Source: Terriglobia bacterium
GTDB taxonomy: Bacteria > Acidobacteriota > Terriglobia > Acidiferrales > UBA7541
Length of the DNA: 64,000 nucleotides
Assembly: GCA_963695545.1 (NCBI GenBank)
Contig: OY968796.1
Span: 1,280,001-1,344,000, forward strand
Direction of reading: 5' to 3'
In this document: positions 39,090 to 49,362 of the stretch, piece by piece
Layout: the number at the start of each line of letters is the position of its first letter
Position numbering within the stretch: position 1 is the first letter of the stretch
Program-made: the position numbers and the translations under genes
Notes under the pieces: generated by a model
Database searches by the model: none
Told to the model about the DNA's origin: nothing
The model's input: only the letters and a program-made list of their open reading frames with translations

Positions 39090-42000
39090 TCAAAAACTCA
39101 GGACCAGTCCGAACTGGACTTGCCGAGCGGGATTGTTGTTGGGGTTGGAATAAGCCAAGGCCGTGATGGTACCCGTGGCTGCCGAGCCAAACGTGGCGTT
39201 GGGCTGCGCAAAATTCGGGTGGTTGAAAATATTGAAGAAATCCGCGCGAAACTGCAAATGCGTGCGGTCGCCGGAACCGATTGGAATGTGAAATTGTTTG
39301 GCCACCGAGAAATCCAAATCCCAAAATCCCGGTCCCCGGACCATATCTTTGCTCGAATCACCAAACACGGGCGTGGTCGTCGACGACGGCGTATACGGAT
39401 TCGAAAATGCGCCCACATTGAACCATTCGGCGATCGTCGGATTCGCCAGGGTTGGATTGCCGGAGACGTTCGCAAACTCACTGCCAGTGAGCGCCGGATT
39501 CACAGCGGTGCCGCCTGCGAGAACCGTGAATGGAAATCCGGTATTGGCCGAAAACGCTTCGGACATCGTCCACCCGCCCAAGAACCCGTCAGCGACGCCA
39601 CCCTGAGTCATGTGAGCGCGGCCCACGCCAAAGGGAAGATCGTAAACGCCCGAGATGACCACGCGATGCGTCTGATCGAACTGCGAAGGCGAGTAGGTTG
39701 CTCTCGGGGTATCCGCATCTTGGTATTCGCACCCGCTTGTCGTGGTCAGATCCAATGAGCAATTGTCCATCGACTTCGAGTAGGTGTAGTTCGCGAGCAC
39801 GGTAAGACCTGAGGAGAATCGGCGCGTCAGAGACAACTGAAGCGCGTTGTAGTTTGAAAACGCGTCGTTGAAGTACGTGGTGATCGTCTGGTATTGCGGA
39901 AACGGACGGAACGATTGTAGTGCGCCGGGAGCGAAATCGGCCTCCGGTACCTGGTTGGAATCTCGCGGATCCAATAGATGGGTCCCCTTGCTTCCGACGT
40001 ACGCGACTTCTGCTACCCACGCCGTGCCGAACTGTTTCTGGATTCCGAGCTGCCATTCCTGCATGTACGGTTGGTGCGCGGTCGGCGGAAAGTAGCTGAT
40101 GGATTGTCCGTTCGAGATCGCCGGGGTGCGATTCGCCGCGGTTGGAGTGGTGTATGCCGGCGCTCCCGTATCAAGCTCCATGAATGGCATTGGGTTCGAT
40201 GGATTCGCCACGACCTGCGAGTACGAGATTGCGTATCCGGGAGGCGTGGAACTGAAATTCTGCTGCGCGCTGATCGGCACGTAGTAGATGCCATAGGCCG
40301 CCCGCGCGACCCAGGACGGTTTCGGGTTCCACGCGATGCCGATGCGCGGCGCGAAAAGTCCGAAATGATTGTTCTGAAGGAGATTGTCGCTCGGCGTGGC
40401 ATACAGGATCGCGCCGGGAGTGTTGGTCACAGGATTGGCGAGCGTCGGATCAAAGTTGGAAAGGCGGTTGAATGGTTCGCTGAAGCCACCTTCACCTTGA
40501 TAACGCAGACCGACGTTCACAGTAACGGTACGCGAGATGTGATAGTCATCTTGGCCGAAAAACGCGAACGCGGTGCGACGCGCGCCGATCGTGTTTGGCT
40601 GCGCGCTAAGAGAGTAGGCGGATGGCAACCCCAACTCGAAGTCGGCAAGTCCAAGGCCGGTGAAGTCGCCGTTGAAGGTAAACGTGCCGGAGCTCAACGA
40701 CGCCAGCACGTCATAATCGTACTTGTCCAATTCTCCCCCGAATTTCAGTGTGTGTTTTCCGCGCACCCACGTGACCGAATCTCCGGCCGTATAGACGTTT
40801 TGAGCTCCCCCGGAATGTTGGCCCGGACCGATCGAGGTTGGAACTGCCCCGGTAATGCTGAACAGCGGAAAGAAATTCTCCGGAACTCCTGTGAGCCCCA
40901 ACGTCGACGGGAAGTTCATATTCTCATTGGGAGTGAGCTGATAGAAATATTGGCGCGTGAAATTAAAGCGAGCCTCATTGATTGTCGTTGGGTTGAGCGT
41001 CCAATGGTCGGTGAGAGTCCATTGCTGACTGTGAGACGTCTGGATACCGCAGCGCTCCGTGCCGTTGTAGCAGGCAGGCGGCGGGATCGCACCGGTGTGG
41101 TCGTTCGTAAGCAGGTAGACGTGGCCGGCGCCGGTAAGCACGTTGTTGGTCGTGAAGTGATAATCCACGCGGCCGTCATAGATTGGAGTTTTGAGATCCT
41201 GGCGGCCATTGTTGATGTAATTGTTCGTGTTACCCGTCCCGGGCAACGGCAACGGCCAGTAAGTGAGGACGGCTGCGGCTACCTTGTCGATCGTGGGTAT
41301 CGTGTCGTTTGCGTACGGCAAGCCGGTCGATGGATTCTTGATCGTCGCAACACCCGTAAAATTTCCGTCTCGCTCGGCCATTGTTGGCACCGTGTCGATC
41401 GACGTGGTGGTGGAAGGGTTTATCGTGTCTTGAAAACTGAAGAAGAAGAAAAGCTTGTTCTTCAGGATCGGTCCGCCGATCGTGCCTCCCGGTTGGTTGT
41501 AAAGCAGCGGCGTCCGGCTCTTGGAAAAGAAATTTCGAGCGTTCAGCACGGTGTTTTGAAAATATTCAAAGAGCGAACCGTGGAAGTCGTTCCCACCGCC
41601 CTTCGTAATAATATTCAAGACCGAGGTTCCGGTTCCGTATTCCGCGTCGAAGTTGTCTTCGAGCACATTGAATTCGCTGACAGCGCTTAAGGCCGGAACT
41701 AATGTCACGAAATTGTCGCTGTCCGGGAGGACGCCCGAGCCCCCATTGACGCTCGCAACCATGCCGAAGGATCGACTGCCGTTGACGCTGCGGCGGCCCG
41801 GGTCAACGCCTTGCACGTTGCTCTGCGCCGTTGACGTTCCCGGTGCCAGGAGCGCAAAGTAAGAGGGATCGCGGCCGACCGTGGGCAGCGCTCCAATCAT
41901 CTCGGTGTTGAAATTCGTTCCTCTTTGTGAATCCTCTGTGTTCAGCAGCGGCGCGTTGGCCGTAACCGTCACAGTCTGCGTCGAGGCTCCGATCTTCAAT

Positions 42001-42344
42001 TGGCCGTCGACGCGCGCGGTCTGGTCTAGCTGAATATCTATGCCCTGCCGCAAGAGCGTCTCAAATCCCGACGCTTGAAACTGGACGGAATACGGGCCTG
42101 GGTCGAGATAGGGCGCGTCGAAATCGCCGTCCCGATTGGATTTCACATCGACGCTCGCGCCGGTCTTGGTGTTTGTAATCGTCACGGTCGCGTTGGGCAC
42201 GGTGGCTCCCGCCGGATCCGTCACAGTGCCGACGATCTCCGCCGTGCTTCGATTCTGCGCTCTGGCAATGCCCAACGGCATAATCAGGCCAACCAAGAAC
42301 AGGCCTCCGATCCATGTGGACCAGTGCTTCGCTGTCGCTTTCAT
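39090..42344 (-). CDS. TonB-dependent receptor with N-terminal carboxypeptidase-regulatory-like domain
   Basis: GTVTDPAGA, FHGSLFEY, LNARNFF and C-terminal RQVQFGLVLSF; AAGGAGG SD. Confidence 0.93.
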   Translation of the reverse strand: MKATAKHWSTWIGGLFLVGLIMPLGIARAQNRSTAEIVGTVTDPAGATVPNATVTITNTKTGASVDVKSNRDGDFDAPYLDPGPYSVQFQASGFETLLRQGIDIQLDQTARVDGQLKIGASTQTVTVTANAPLLNTEDSQRGTNFNTEMIGALPTVGRDPSYFALLAPGTSTAQSNVQGVDPGRRSVNGSRSFGMVASVNGGSGVLPDSDNFVTLVPALSAVSEFNVLEDNFDAEYGTGTSVLNIITKGGGNDFHGSLFEYFQNTVLNARNFFSKSRTPLLYNQPGGTIGGPILKNKLFFFFSFQDTINPSTTTSIDTVPTMAERDGNFTGVATIKNPSTGLPYANDTIPTIDKVAAAVLTYWPLPLPGTGNTNNYINNGRQDLKTPIYDGRVDYHFTTNNVLTGAGHVYLLTNDHTGAIPPPACYNGTERCGIQTSHSQQWTLTDHWTLNPTTINEARFNFTRQYFYQLTPNENMNFPSTLGLTGVPENFFPLFSITGAVPTSIGPGQHSGGAQNVYTAGDSVTWVRGKHTLKFGGELDKYDYDVLASLSSGTFTFNGDFTGLGLADFELGLPSAYSLSAQPNTIGARRTAFAFFGQDDYHISRTVTVNVGLRYQGEGGFSEPFNRLSNFDPTLANPVTNTPGAILYATPSDNLLQNNHFGLFAPRIGIAWNPKPSWVARAAYGIYYVPISAQQNFSSTPPGYAISYSQVVANPSNPMPFMELDTGAPAYTTPTAANRTPAISNGQSISYFPPTAHQPYMQEWQLGIQKQFGTAWVAEVAYVGSKGTHLLDPRDSNQVPEADFAPGALQSFRPFPQYQTITTYFNDAFSNYNALQLSLTRRFSSGLTVLANYTYSKSMDNCSLDLTTTSGCEYQDADTPRATYSPSQFDQTHRVVISGVYDLPFGVGRAHMTQGGVADGFLGGWTMSEAFSANTGFPFTVLAGGTAVNPALTGSEFANVSGNPTLANPTIAEWFNVGAFSNPYTPSSTTTPVFGDSSKDMVRGPGFWDLDFSVAKQFHIPIGSGDRTHLQFRADFFNIFNHPNFAQPNATFGSAATGTITALAYSNPNNNPARQVQFGLVLSF

Positions 42345-42408
42345 TTGTTGCCTCCTTATGGAGTTCTTCGAATTTCCGCCGACACACCCCGGGTGTGCCG
42401 ACTTCGGG

Positions 42409-43599
42409 CTACTTCTCGCGTTCAGGAGCAAATGCCGGAAGAGCCGGAGTTGCGCTGATCAATGCCGCCGTATCCGGGCTGTATCGATAATCTTCTGGGG
42501 GATTGGAATTGACCCAGACCTGCAATTCACCAAGTTCGGTGTTGTCCAGAGCACGAACGTGGGCGTCGGCGGCGCCGTCGCAATGAACGGTCACACCCGC
42601 GGCGAATCCGATTCTTGAAGCGCTCTCTGCCGGGCTCAACCGGCATGCCGCTGGCTTCGTTCCCGGCCGCTCGATCAGCAACGTGCCGTCGTGTTCGACG
42701 GTTGTCCGGTAAACTTCTTGTCCCAGGTAATCCATCGCCGGAAACGGAGTCCCGTCCGGCACCGTCGTTTTGCCGATGTCTGGAAGGCCATCTACGGTAA
42801 CAACGGTGCCGCGCAGCAATCCGGCGCTTGTCAGATAGAGGTGAGGCGCTTGAGAGCCCGCAAAATGCGGCCAGCGAAGAATAATATGAATATGCGGGGG
42901 AGAATCCTCGTGCCCCAGGGGATAATTCGTATCAAACCCCATCAGGTGAATTGTTCCAAGTCCCTGGGAATAAACTTCCTGGTCGAGTCCCAGAAAACGG
43001 ATCGCTTCCCGCAGGCCGAACTCGAGATTCAGGGCCGCTTGGCGTTCCGTGCCAGGCCAAGGACCCTTCGCATACGGGCCGGCTCTGCGATCTTTATAGG
43101 CGTGCTCGATTCTCACCGTGAGGCCGGGCCATTCGAGCATCGTTTGGAGTTCGAGAGTCGATGATCGCTCGCGCGGATTGACCGGCAATTCAAAATCTAT
43201 GAAATTGCCGTGCTGCGAAAACGGAATTGAATCCTTTTCGACGATCACGGCGCGAACGGCAACGCCGCCGGGGTCCACTCGTATGCCCGAAATCGATTTT
43301 TCGGATGTGGGGACGCGTAGATAAAAGAACACCTCCCACGCGTTCTGACCCTCATAGAAAGGTCCGTGCAGCACACTGCATTGCGGACAATCCGCCGGCA
43401 CGTCAATCGTCGCGTGGGTTGCGGGCGCGCCGCGCTGGGACTTCATGAGCTTTATGCCGACGATGGTTGTATCGGGGTTCGCGTTCTGCGCGAAAAGCTC
43501 CTGAGAACAACACATCGAGCAAGTCGCAACGGACAGACAAACCCACAATCCGATGGAGATGACAAACCTTCGCTGATTTTCTTTCGGCATCAGACTCAT
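42409..43599 (-). CDS. Hypothetical secreted protein with His-rich motif
   Basis: Signal peptide; GFDTNYPLGHEDSPPHIH segment; first gene of the leftward operon. Confidence 0.75.
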   Translation of the reverse strand: MSLMPKENQRRFVISIGLWVCLSVATCSMCCSQELFAQNANPDTTIVGIKLMKSQRGAPATHATIDVPADCPQCSVLHGPFYEGQNAWEVFFYLRVPTSEKSISGIRVDPGGVAVRAVIVEKDSIPFSQHGNFIDFELPVNPRERSSTLELQTMLEWPGLTVRIEHAYKDRRAGPYAKGPWPGTERQAALNLEFGLREAIRFLGLDQEVYSQGLGTIHLMGFDTNYPLGHEDSPPHIHIILRWPHFAGSQAPHLYLTSAGLLRGTVVTVDGLPDIGKTTVPDGTPFPAMDYLGQEVYRTTVEHDGTLLIERPGTKPAACRLSPAESASRIGFAAGVTVHCDGAADAHVRALDNTELGELQVWVNSNPPEDYRYSPDTAALISATPALPAFAPEREK

Positions 43600-43663
43600 A
43601 TGCGTGGATTCCTCGCGCCAGCGCGGAAGTCAATGTCGCAGTCATTTGGCAGCGTCGGCGGGC

Positions 43664-43718
43664 ACAATAGGACCGATCCTGGAGGTTGTCAAGACTTATT
43701 TAACGCCGTTATAGAAGT
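43664..43718 (-). promoter_or_regulatory. Sigma70 promoter plus 25-bp ROK-type operator 1
   Basis: TTGACA (43692-43687)-17nt-TATTGT; operator acttatttaacgccgttatagaagt at 43694-43718. Confidence 0.65.
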
Positions 43719-43944
43719 TTCACTGGAATGTAACATGTGGGCAATGTGCGGGTGGAACGATGAAGCGTGTGGCTCAATTATTAGTTTGCCGCGGGTCTGA
43801 GAGGGGCTCGCAGAAGGGCGAATCCGCTGCGTACGGATAACTCCGCTCGCGTCACGGCCAAACCGCGGCGGAAACGGAACTTCATCAATGGCGTGAGATT
43901 ATCGCCACAAAGCGATCCAATTTAGCGGACCACGGGTCGCGGCT

Positions 43945-45141
43945 CTAAGTGTGTCTTGTACCGCGCAGAACGTTCAGCAAGGCCAGCGGGATGGCGCCGA
44001 AAAGCGTAGGTCGTTCCACGCTCGCGGGACGCATGACGGGAATCGATACGCCGGGAATAAAATAGCGGCTGTGCATAGCCGCCTTCAGGAGCGGCTCGAT
44101 GAGCGGCCACGCCGCGGTGATTTCTCCCCCGATGACGATAGCTTCCGGCGCAAGCCCCTGCGCGAGTCCTCGGATGCCTTTGCCGAGCATCTCGGCCGTG
44201 TAGAGCAGTTCGCGTCGGGCGTCCGGATCACCAACCTGCGCGAGCCCCACCAGGTCTTGCATGGATCGGACTTCATGGCTGCGCGCGGGCTTGGCTTTTC
44301 GGAATCGGGCGAGCGTGGCTTCGTCGGAAGCAATGGCCTCCCAACAGCCCACATTGCCACAGGAGCAGCGCGGTCCACGGGGGTCCATGTGCATGTGACC
44401 GAATCCACCGATCCCGAAGCGCGTGCCGAGATACAACTCGTCGCCAAGCACCAGGCCAGTACCGATGCCCTCGACGACCAGCACGAACAAAATGCTTTGG
44501 TTCCCCGAAGCTGGAAGCGGGCCGTACCAGAGCTCCGCAAGCGCCGCCGCATTCGCGTCGTTTTCGACGTAGACCGGCAAATGTAGCTTCTTTTCTAGGA
44601 TTTGCCGGATAGGTACGTCTTCCCAACCCAGTTTCGGAGACAGTATTAGGCGCCCCTCCGGATGGTTTATCAATCCGGGGATCGCGACTCCAATGGCGGC
44701 GAACCTTGCATGTGGATATACCGTCTCGAGATGAGCGTGAATTTCTTTTGCGAGATCCTGGAGAAATGTTGTCGCGTTCTTTTCCGTAGGTTTCACGCGC
44801 TGACTGAGCACTCGACCGTTAAAGTCACTGATTGCGTAGGCCGTCTGCCGGACGCCGATGCTTAACGCGACGGCGTAAGCTTTCTCCGCATTCATCTGAA
44901 TGTATTTTGCGCGCCGGCCGCCGCTGGATGGCGCCGCTTCGCCTTCGGAAAGAAAGCCGGCGGCGAGAAGGCGATTGACGACGATCGAGACGGTGCCCGG
45001 CCCCAATCCTGTCGCGCGAGCCAGTTCGATTCGGGAAATGGGCTGGCGATTGCGAATCAAATGCAACATGCGGCCTTCGTTCGTATTGCGAAGGTCTTCG
45101 ACGCCCAGCATTTTTAGTTTGTTGGAAAAGGCGGCTCTCAT
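43945..45141 (-). CDS. ROK family transcriptional repressor
   Basis: N-terminal HTH (ISRIELARATGL), SSGGRR, ENDANAAALAE and CSCGNVGCWE motifs; start uncertain (45141 or 45111). Confidence 0.92.
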   Translation of the reverse strand: MRAAFSNKLKMLGVEDLRNTNEGRMLHLIRNRQPISRIELARATGLGPGTVSIVVNRLLAAGFLSEGEAAPSSGGRRAKYIQMNAEKAYAVALSIGVRQTAYAISDFNGRVLSQRVKPTEKNATTFLQDLAKEIHAHLETVYPHARFAAIGVAIPGLINHPEGRLILSPKLGWEDVPIRQILEKKLHLPVYVENDANAAALAELWYGPLPASGNQSILFVLVVEGIGTGLVLGDELYLGTRFGIGGFGHMHMDPRGPRCSCGNVGCWEAIASDEATLARFRKAKPARSHEVRSMQDLVGLAQVGDPDARRELLYTAEMLGKGIRGLAQGLAPEAIVIGGEITAAWPLIEPLLKAAMHSRYFIPGVSIPVMRPASVERPTLFGAIPLALLNVLRGTRHT

Positions 45142-45233
45142 CAGAATGGCACACAGTATAGCTCCGAAGAAGCGTCGGGTTCGCATAATTCCAAATCTTG
45201 CCACGGAGTGTTCGGCAAAACGACGGCGACGGT

Positions 45234-45297
45234 ACTTCTGCAACGCCTCGAAGTAAGTTAATAAAACATTGACACGGATCGAAGAGGTTCCTATGAT
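45234..45297 (+). promoter_or_regulatory. 25-bp ROK-type operator 2 plus sigma70 promoter
   Basis: acttctgcaacgcctcgaagtaagt at 45234-45258; TTGACA (45269)-17nt-TATGAT. Confidence 0.65.
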
Positions 45298-45364
45298 CCG
45301 CTCGATTAGCGATCTCTTGACCCTTCCATGCCGATCGCCGCATTGACGGTGCAAGGACGACTGC

Positions 45365-47932
45365 ATGCCTTCTGACAAACACGCGTGTCTGCGTCGCGCC
45401 TCCAGCAGATGTCATTCCCGATGGCTCACCAAGCTCGCCGTTCTGGCGGGATTTGCGGCGATGACCTCTCCGATGGGATTCGCGCAAGATCCATCGCCGA
45501 TCAAGGAAATCTTGCTCGTACACTTCGCTCACACGGATTTTGGATACACCGATCAGCCCGAAGTCGTGCGCGAATTGCATCGCCACTACGTCGACATCGC
45601 CTTAGATGCGGCGTGGGCGACACGGCAAAGACCCGAGGGGGAGCGCTTCTGCTGGACAATTGAATCCCAATACACCTTTGCAGATTGGTGGAAAACGGCC
45701 ACGCCCAGCCGTCGCGCCGAATTCGTCGCAATGTTTCGCGCCGGACAACTCGACGTTTCAGCGCTGGCCGTTGACGCCACGCCGTATATGGATAGCCAGG
45801 AATGGCGGTTAATGACTCACTGGGTTCCGGACGATATCTGGAATCGGCTGGGCATCGAATCCGGCATGCAGGACGACGTAAACGGCCTGCCTCGCGCTGG
45901 CGCGATTTCGCTGCTCAACCACGGTATCGTGCGCTTATGGACCGGCATAAACGTTGATCTCGGTGGCGCCCCTCAAAAAACTCCATCCGCTTTCTGGTGG
46001 AAAATGCCGGATCAGCGGCGCCTATTCGTTTGGCTGGGTGTCCCGTACTCCGAGGGCTATCACTTCTTCGCGCCTCACAATTGGCGGCACGGCCCGCTAC
46101 CCGCAGCTGCCGATCCGCTTTACCGGCCGCCCGCGCCGGAAGAAATCTTCAAGACCGATGCGCCTTCTCTGCAAGCCGAACATGAGCGCTTGATGCAGCA
46201 GCTTCAGCCGTACGTGGCGGGCGGCTACCGCTATCCGGTTTTCGTGCTGCCGTTCACGAATCAATGGCGTATCGACAACGATCCGCCGTATCCCTCGATT
46301 GTCGATTTCGTCGCGGCGTGGAATCGTGCTGGGCTGAGTCCGCGGATTCGTCTTGTCACGGTTACGACAGCGTTGCAGCAAATGGAAAAGATCGCGGGGT
46401 CGGATAGTCCGGAATTCACGGGCGAGTTTCCAGATTGGTGGGCCAACGGCACGATGTCGGCGCCGCAAGCTGTTTCCGCCTCGCGATTGGCCAAGAACTA
46501 CCTTGCTGAAGCCGCCTCCCCGGTGTTCGGTCCTTCGAGCGCTTCGTTTCTCGGCGAAGTGGACGGCGTGAATCGAGACCTGGTGCTTTTCGACGAGCAC
46601 ACATTCGGTTCGGGATCAAGCGTGGCTTTTCCTTATGCCCTGGCGACGCTGGGACAATTCGCGGAAAAAAGCCTGCTTGCTTATGCGCCGATGGCTCAAG
46701 CGCAGTGGCTGCTGGGGAAACGAGCGCGCACTGCATTTGACGAAAAAGGCGAGGGATTCTTCGAGATCAACGCGACTCCGGCGCCGTGGTCGGGTTGGGC
46801 GAAATTCAACGTGTCCGCTTTGCGGGAAAATGATCTCGCGGCGGTGGACCCGGAGACCGGTTCCTGTTCTCCCCTCGAATTCACAAACGGCCTCAAGAGT
46901 TTCACGGCGCCTCTCAATGCCAGCGAGATTACACCCCAGAATTCCTCGATGGTGTTCGCCGACAATCTGCCTGGGCAAGCAGTCGCGGTTTGGGTGGATT
47001 CGCTTCCCGCGAATTCAACTAGACATCTTCTGCTCTCACCGAAGCCGTGTACTGCCACAACTGCCGCAGCCAGCGAAAATCCCAAAATTGAAGTGAATGA
47101 TCAAGGCTGGCCGGTTGCAATAACTTGGCCTGGGATGCCGGCCTCTCTGATCGCTTCCGGATTCGGCGATCTCGTTGCCGTCACGGTCGCGGGCTTCGCG
47201 CCCCGGGCGAAAATTCATGAAATCTCCGATATGACGGATCCCGCAGAGCGACAGACTGCTCGCGCGAAATTCCTGACCGAAACCGCAGCGTCGGAATCCG
47301 GCGCGGCGGTTCGCACTGAAAATCCCCACACGGTGGTGTACACGCAGTCGCTTTCCGAGCCGTCGCTGGGCTGGGTCACGCGTCGTCTGGAGATCTGGCG
47401 CGATGAACCCCGCGTGCGGGTTGAGCTTAAGCTCTTCCGCCTGTCTTCGGATCTTCCGGAGGCGATCTTCGCGTCGTTTCCGCTTCCGGTCGCAGACGCT
47501 GCTCCGAAGACGAGCAACGCCGGAATGCCCTTTTTCCCCTACACCGATCAGATTCCGGGCAGTTGTCGCGACTACTTCGCGATCGACGGCTGGGTACACT
47601 ACGCCAGCCCCGAAGGACATTGGGTGTGGGTAAGCCGCGACGCGCCTTTGATCACATTTGGCGAGACGAACGTACTGGCAAGACGAACTGACGCGCCCAG
47701 CCACACGAATCGAATTCTCGCGATGTTGTTCAATAATTTTTGGTACACGAACTTTGTGGCGGACAGCATGGGGGAAATGGACTATCAGTTCGACCTCGTT
47801 TGGAGAAAGGATTTTCCCTCGACGTTCACCGAAGGAAATCTTGCGGCCACCTTGTCGAGCGATCCGGTTCTACTCATCAATCCCAAAGGGCGGACGGACA
47901 AACTTTACCTTAAGTGGCTTTTTCAGCCTTGA
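45365..47932 (+). CDS. Secreted glycoside hydrolase, GH38 (alpha-mannosidase)-like N-terminal domain
   Basis: HFAHTDFGYTD metal-binding motif, QDDVNG and FWWKMPD; signal peptide. Confidence 0.75.
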   Translation: MPSDKHACLRRASSRCHSRWLTKLAVLAGFAAMTSPMGFAQDPSPIKEILLVHFAHTDFGYTDQPEVVRELHRHYVDIALDAAWATRQRPEGERFCWTIESQYTFADWWKTATPSRRAEFVAMFRAGQLDVSALAVDATPYMDSQEWRLMTHWVPDDIWNRLGIESGMQDDVNGLPRAGAISLLNHGIVRLWTGINVDLGGAPQKTPSAFWWKMPDQRRLFVWLGVPYSEGYHFFAPHNWRHGPLPAAADPLYRPPAPEEIFKTDAPSLQAEHERLMQQLQPYVAGGYRYPVFVLPFTNQWRIDNDPPYPSIVDFVAAWNRAGLSPRIRLVTVTTALQQMEKIAGSDSPEFTGEFPDWWANGTMSAPQAVSASRLAKNYLAEAASPVFGPSSASFLGEVDGVNRDLVLFDEHTFGSGSSVAFPYALATLGQFAEKSLLAYAPMAQAQWLLGKRARTAFDEKGEGFFEINATPAPWSGWAKFNVSALRENDLAAVDPETGSCSPLEFTNGLKSFTAPLNASEITPQNSSMVFADNLPGQAVAVWVDSLPANSTRHLLLSPKPCTATTAAASENPKIEVNDQGWPVAITWPGMPASLIASGFGDLVAVTVAGFAPRAKIHEISDMTDPAERQTARAKFLTETAASESGAAVRTENPHTVVYTQSLSEPSLGWVTRRLEIWRDEPRVRVELKLFRLSSDLPEAIFASFPLPVADAAPKTSNAGMPFFPYTDQIPGSCRDYFAIDGWVHYASPEGHWVWVSRDAPLITFGETNVLARRTDAPSHTNRILAMLFNNFWYTNFVADSMGEMDYQFDLVWRKDFPSTFTEGNLAATLSSDPVLLINPKGRTDKLYLKWLFQP

Positions 47933-48009
47933 GCACTCGCAGGTCATGGATTTAAAAGTGTGCGCGTCGCCGAATCCTCAATTTCAGAGCTTCTAATGGA
48001 CATACTTCG

Positions 48010-49353
48010 GTGGTGCTGAACCGGTACGTTCTCAGGAGCACGCTCGTCGGAGCGCTCGGCGGCCTGCTTTTCGGTTTCGACACCGCGGTGATTTCCGGGA
48101 CGACCTCTGCGCTTGCTCACGCGTATCACCTCACACCCGCGCAATTGGGATTTACCGTTTCCATCGCTCTTTGGGGGACCGTGATTGGCTCGATTGGCGC
48201 TGGCTCGTTCGGGCAACGACACGGCTCGCGCGAAATGCTTCGATGGATGGCCATCTTTTATCTCGTTTCGTCTTTGGGGTGCGCGTTTGCGTGGAGTTGG
48301 CATGCGTTTCTAGCTGCGCGATTTCTCGGCGGCCTGGGCATTGGCGGCTCCTCGGTCTTGGGCCCCGTGTATATCGCGGAGCTCGCGCCCGCACACTTGC
48401 GCGGACGGCTCGTCGGCACCTTTCAGATCAACATCGTGGTTGGAATACTGCTGGCCTATTTTTCCAACTACTTGATCAGTCTCGCGCATCTCGGGAGTGT
48501 CGAGTGGCGATGGCAATTGGGCGTGGCGGCATTACCTTCCCTGCTGTTTTTTCTTCTATTGTTCAGCATCCCGCGTAGCTCGCGATGGCTCGCTACCCAG
48601 GGCCGCGTGGCGGAAGCGCTCGCCGTGCTTGAACTCATGGGCTCGCCCGACGCTGGCGAGGAGCTGGCACAAATTCGCGAATCGATCGAGATGGAACGCG
48701 CGAGCCGAAGCGAGCCTCTTTTCCGCCGTGTTGCCGGAAGATTGAAGTACGGCACGCCGATCTTCCTGGCCATCGCCATCGGCGTCCTCAATCAATTGAG
48801 CGGGATCAACGCGATCCTGTATTACCTGAACGACATTTTTGCGGCCGCCGGTTTCAGCCGCGTCTCCAGCAGCTTGCAGGCGGTGGCCGTGGGCGCGATG
48901 AATTTATTCGCCACGCTTTTTGCCATGACACTGATTGATCGCGTCGGCCGCAAGCGCCTTCTGCTCGTCGGGTCAGTCGGCACGGCCGCATGCCTCGGCG
49001 GGGTCTCGGCTGTATTCTTCACGCACCGCCACGCGCAATTCTTGGTGTGGCTGCTGGTGACTTACATCGCTTTTTTCGCCGTATCGCAAGGCGCCGTGAT
49101 CTGGGTTTACATCAGCGAGATTTTCCCGACACGCGTGCGCGGAAAAGGGCAAAGCCTTGGCTGCAGCACGCTTTGGGTAATGAATGCGCTTCTTGCGCTG
49201 GGATTCCCCGTTGTTGCCCAGCGCTCCGGCGCATACCCATTTGTGTTTTTTGCCGCGATGATGGTGGTGCAATTCTTCGTGGTGCTGTTCTTGTTCCCCG
49301 AGACCAAGCAAGCTTCGCTCGAACAGTTGCAGGAGCGCATGGGGATTGCGTGA
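48010..49353 (+). CDS. Sugar porter family MFS transporter
   Basis: GGLLFGFDTAVISG, PVYIAELAP..RG, QLSGINAILYY and PETK motifs. Confidence 0.95.
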   Translation: MVLNRYVLRSTLVGALGGLLFGFDTAVISGTTSALAHAYHLTPAQLGFTVSIALWGTVIGSIGAGSFGQRHGSREMLRWMAIFYLVSSLGCAFAWSWHAFLAARFLGGLGIGGSSVLGPVYIAELAPAHLRGRLVGTFQINIVVGILLAYFSNYLISLAHLGSVEWRWQLGVAALPSLLFFLLLFSIPRSSRWLATQGRVAEALAVLELMGSPDAGEELAQIRESIEMERASRSEPLFRRVAGRLKYGTPIFLAIAIGVLNQLSGINAILYYLNDIFAAAGFSRVSSSLQAVAVGAMNLFATLFAMTLIDRVGRKRLLLVGSVGTAACLGGVSAVFFTHRHAQFLVWLLVTYIAFFAVSQGAVIWVYISEIFPTRVRGKGQSLGCSTLWVMNALLALGFPVVAQRSGAYPFVFFAAMMVVQFFVVLFLFPETKQASLEQLQERMGIA

Positions 49354-49362
49354 AAACGTGAC

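Noticed and set aside
39978..41690. 570-aa ORF antisense to the TonB receptor, and similar long ORFs over the RND permease (52113-53803)
   Set aside because: Shadow frames of well-supported genes
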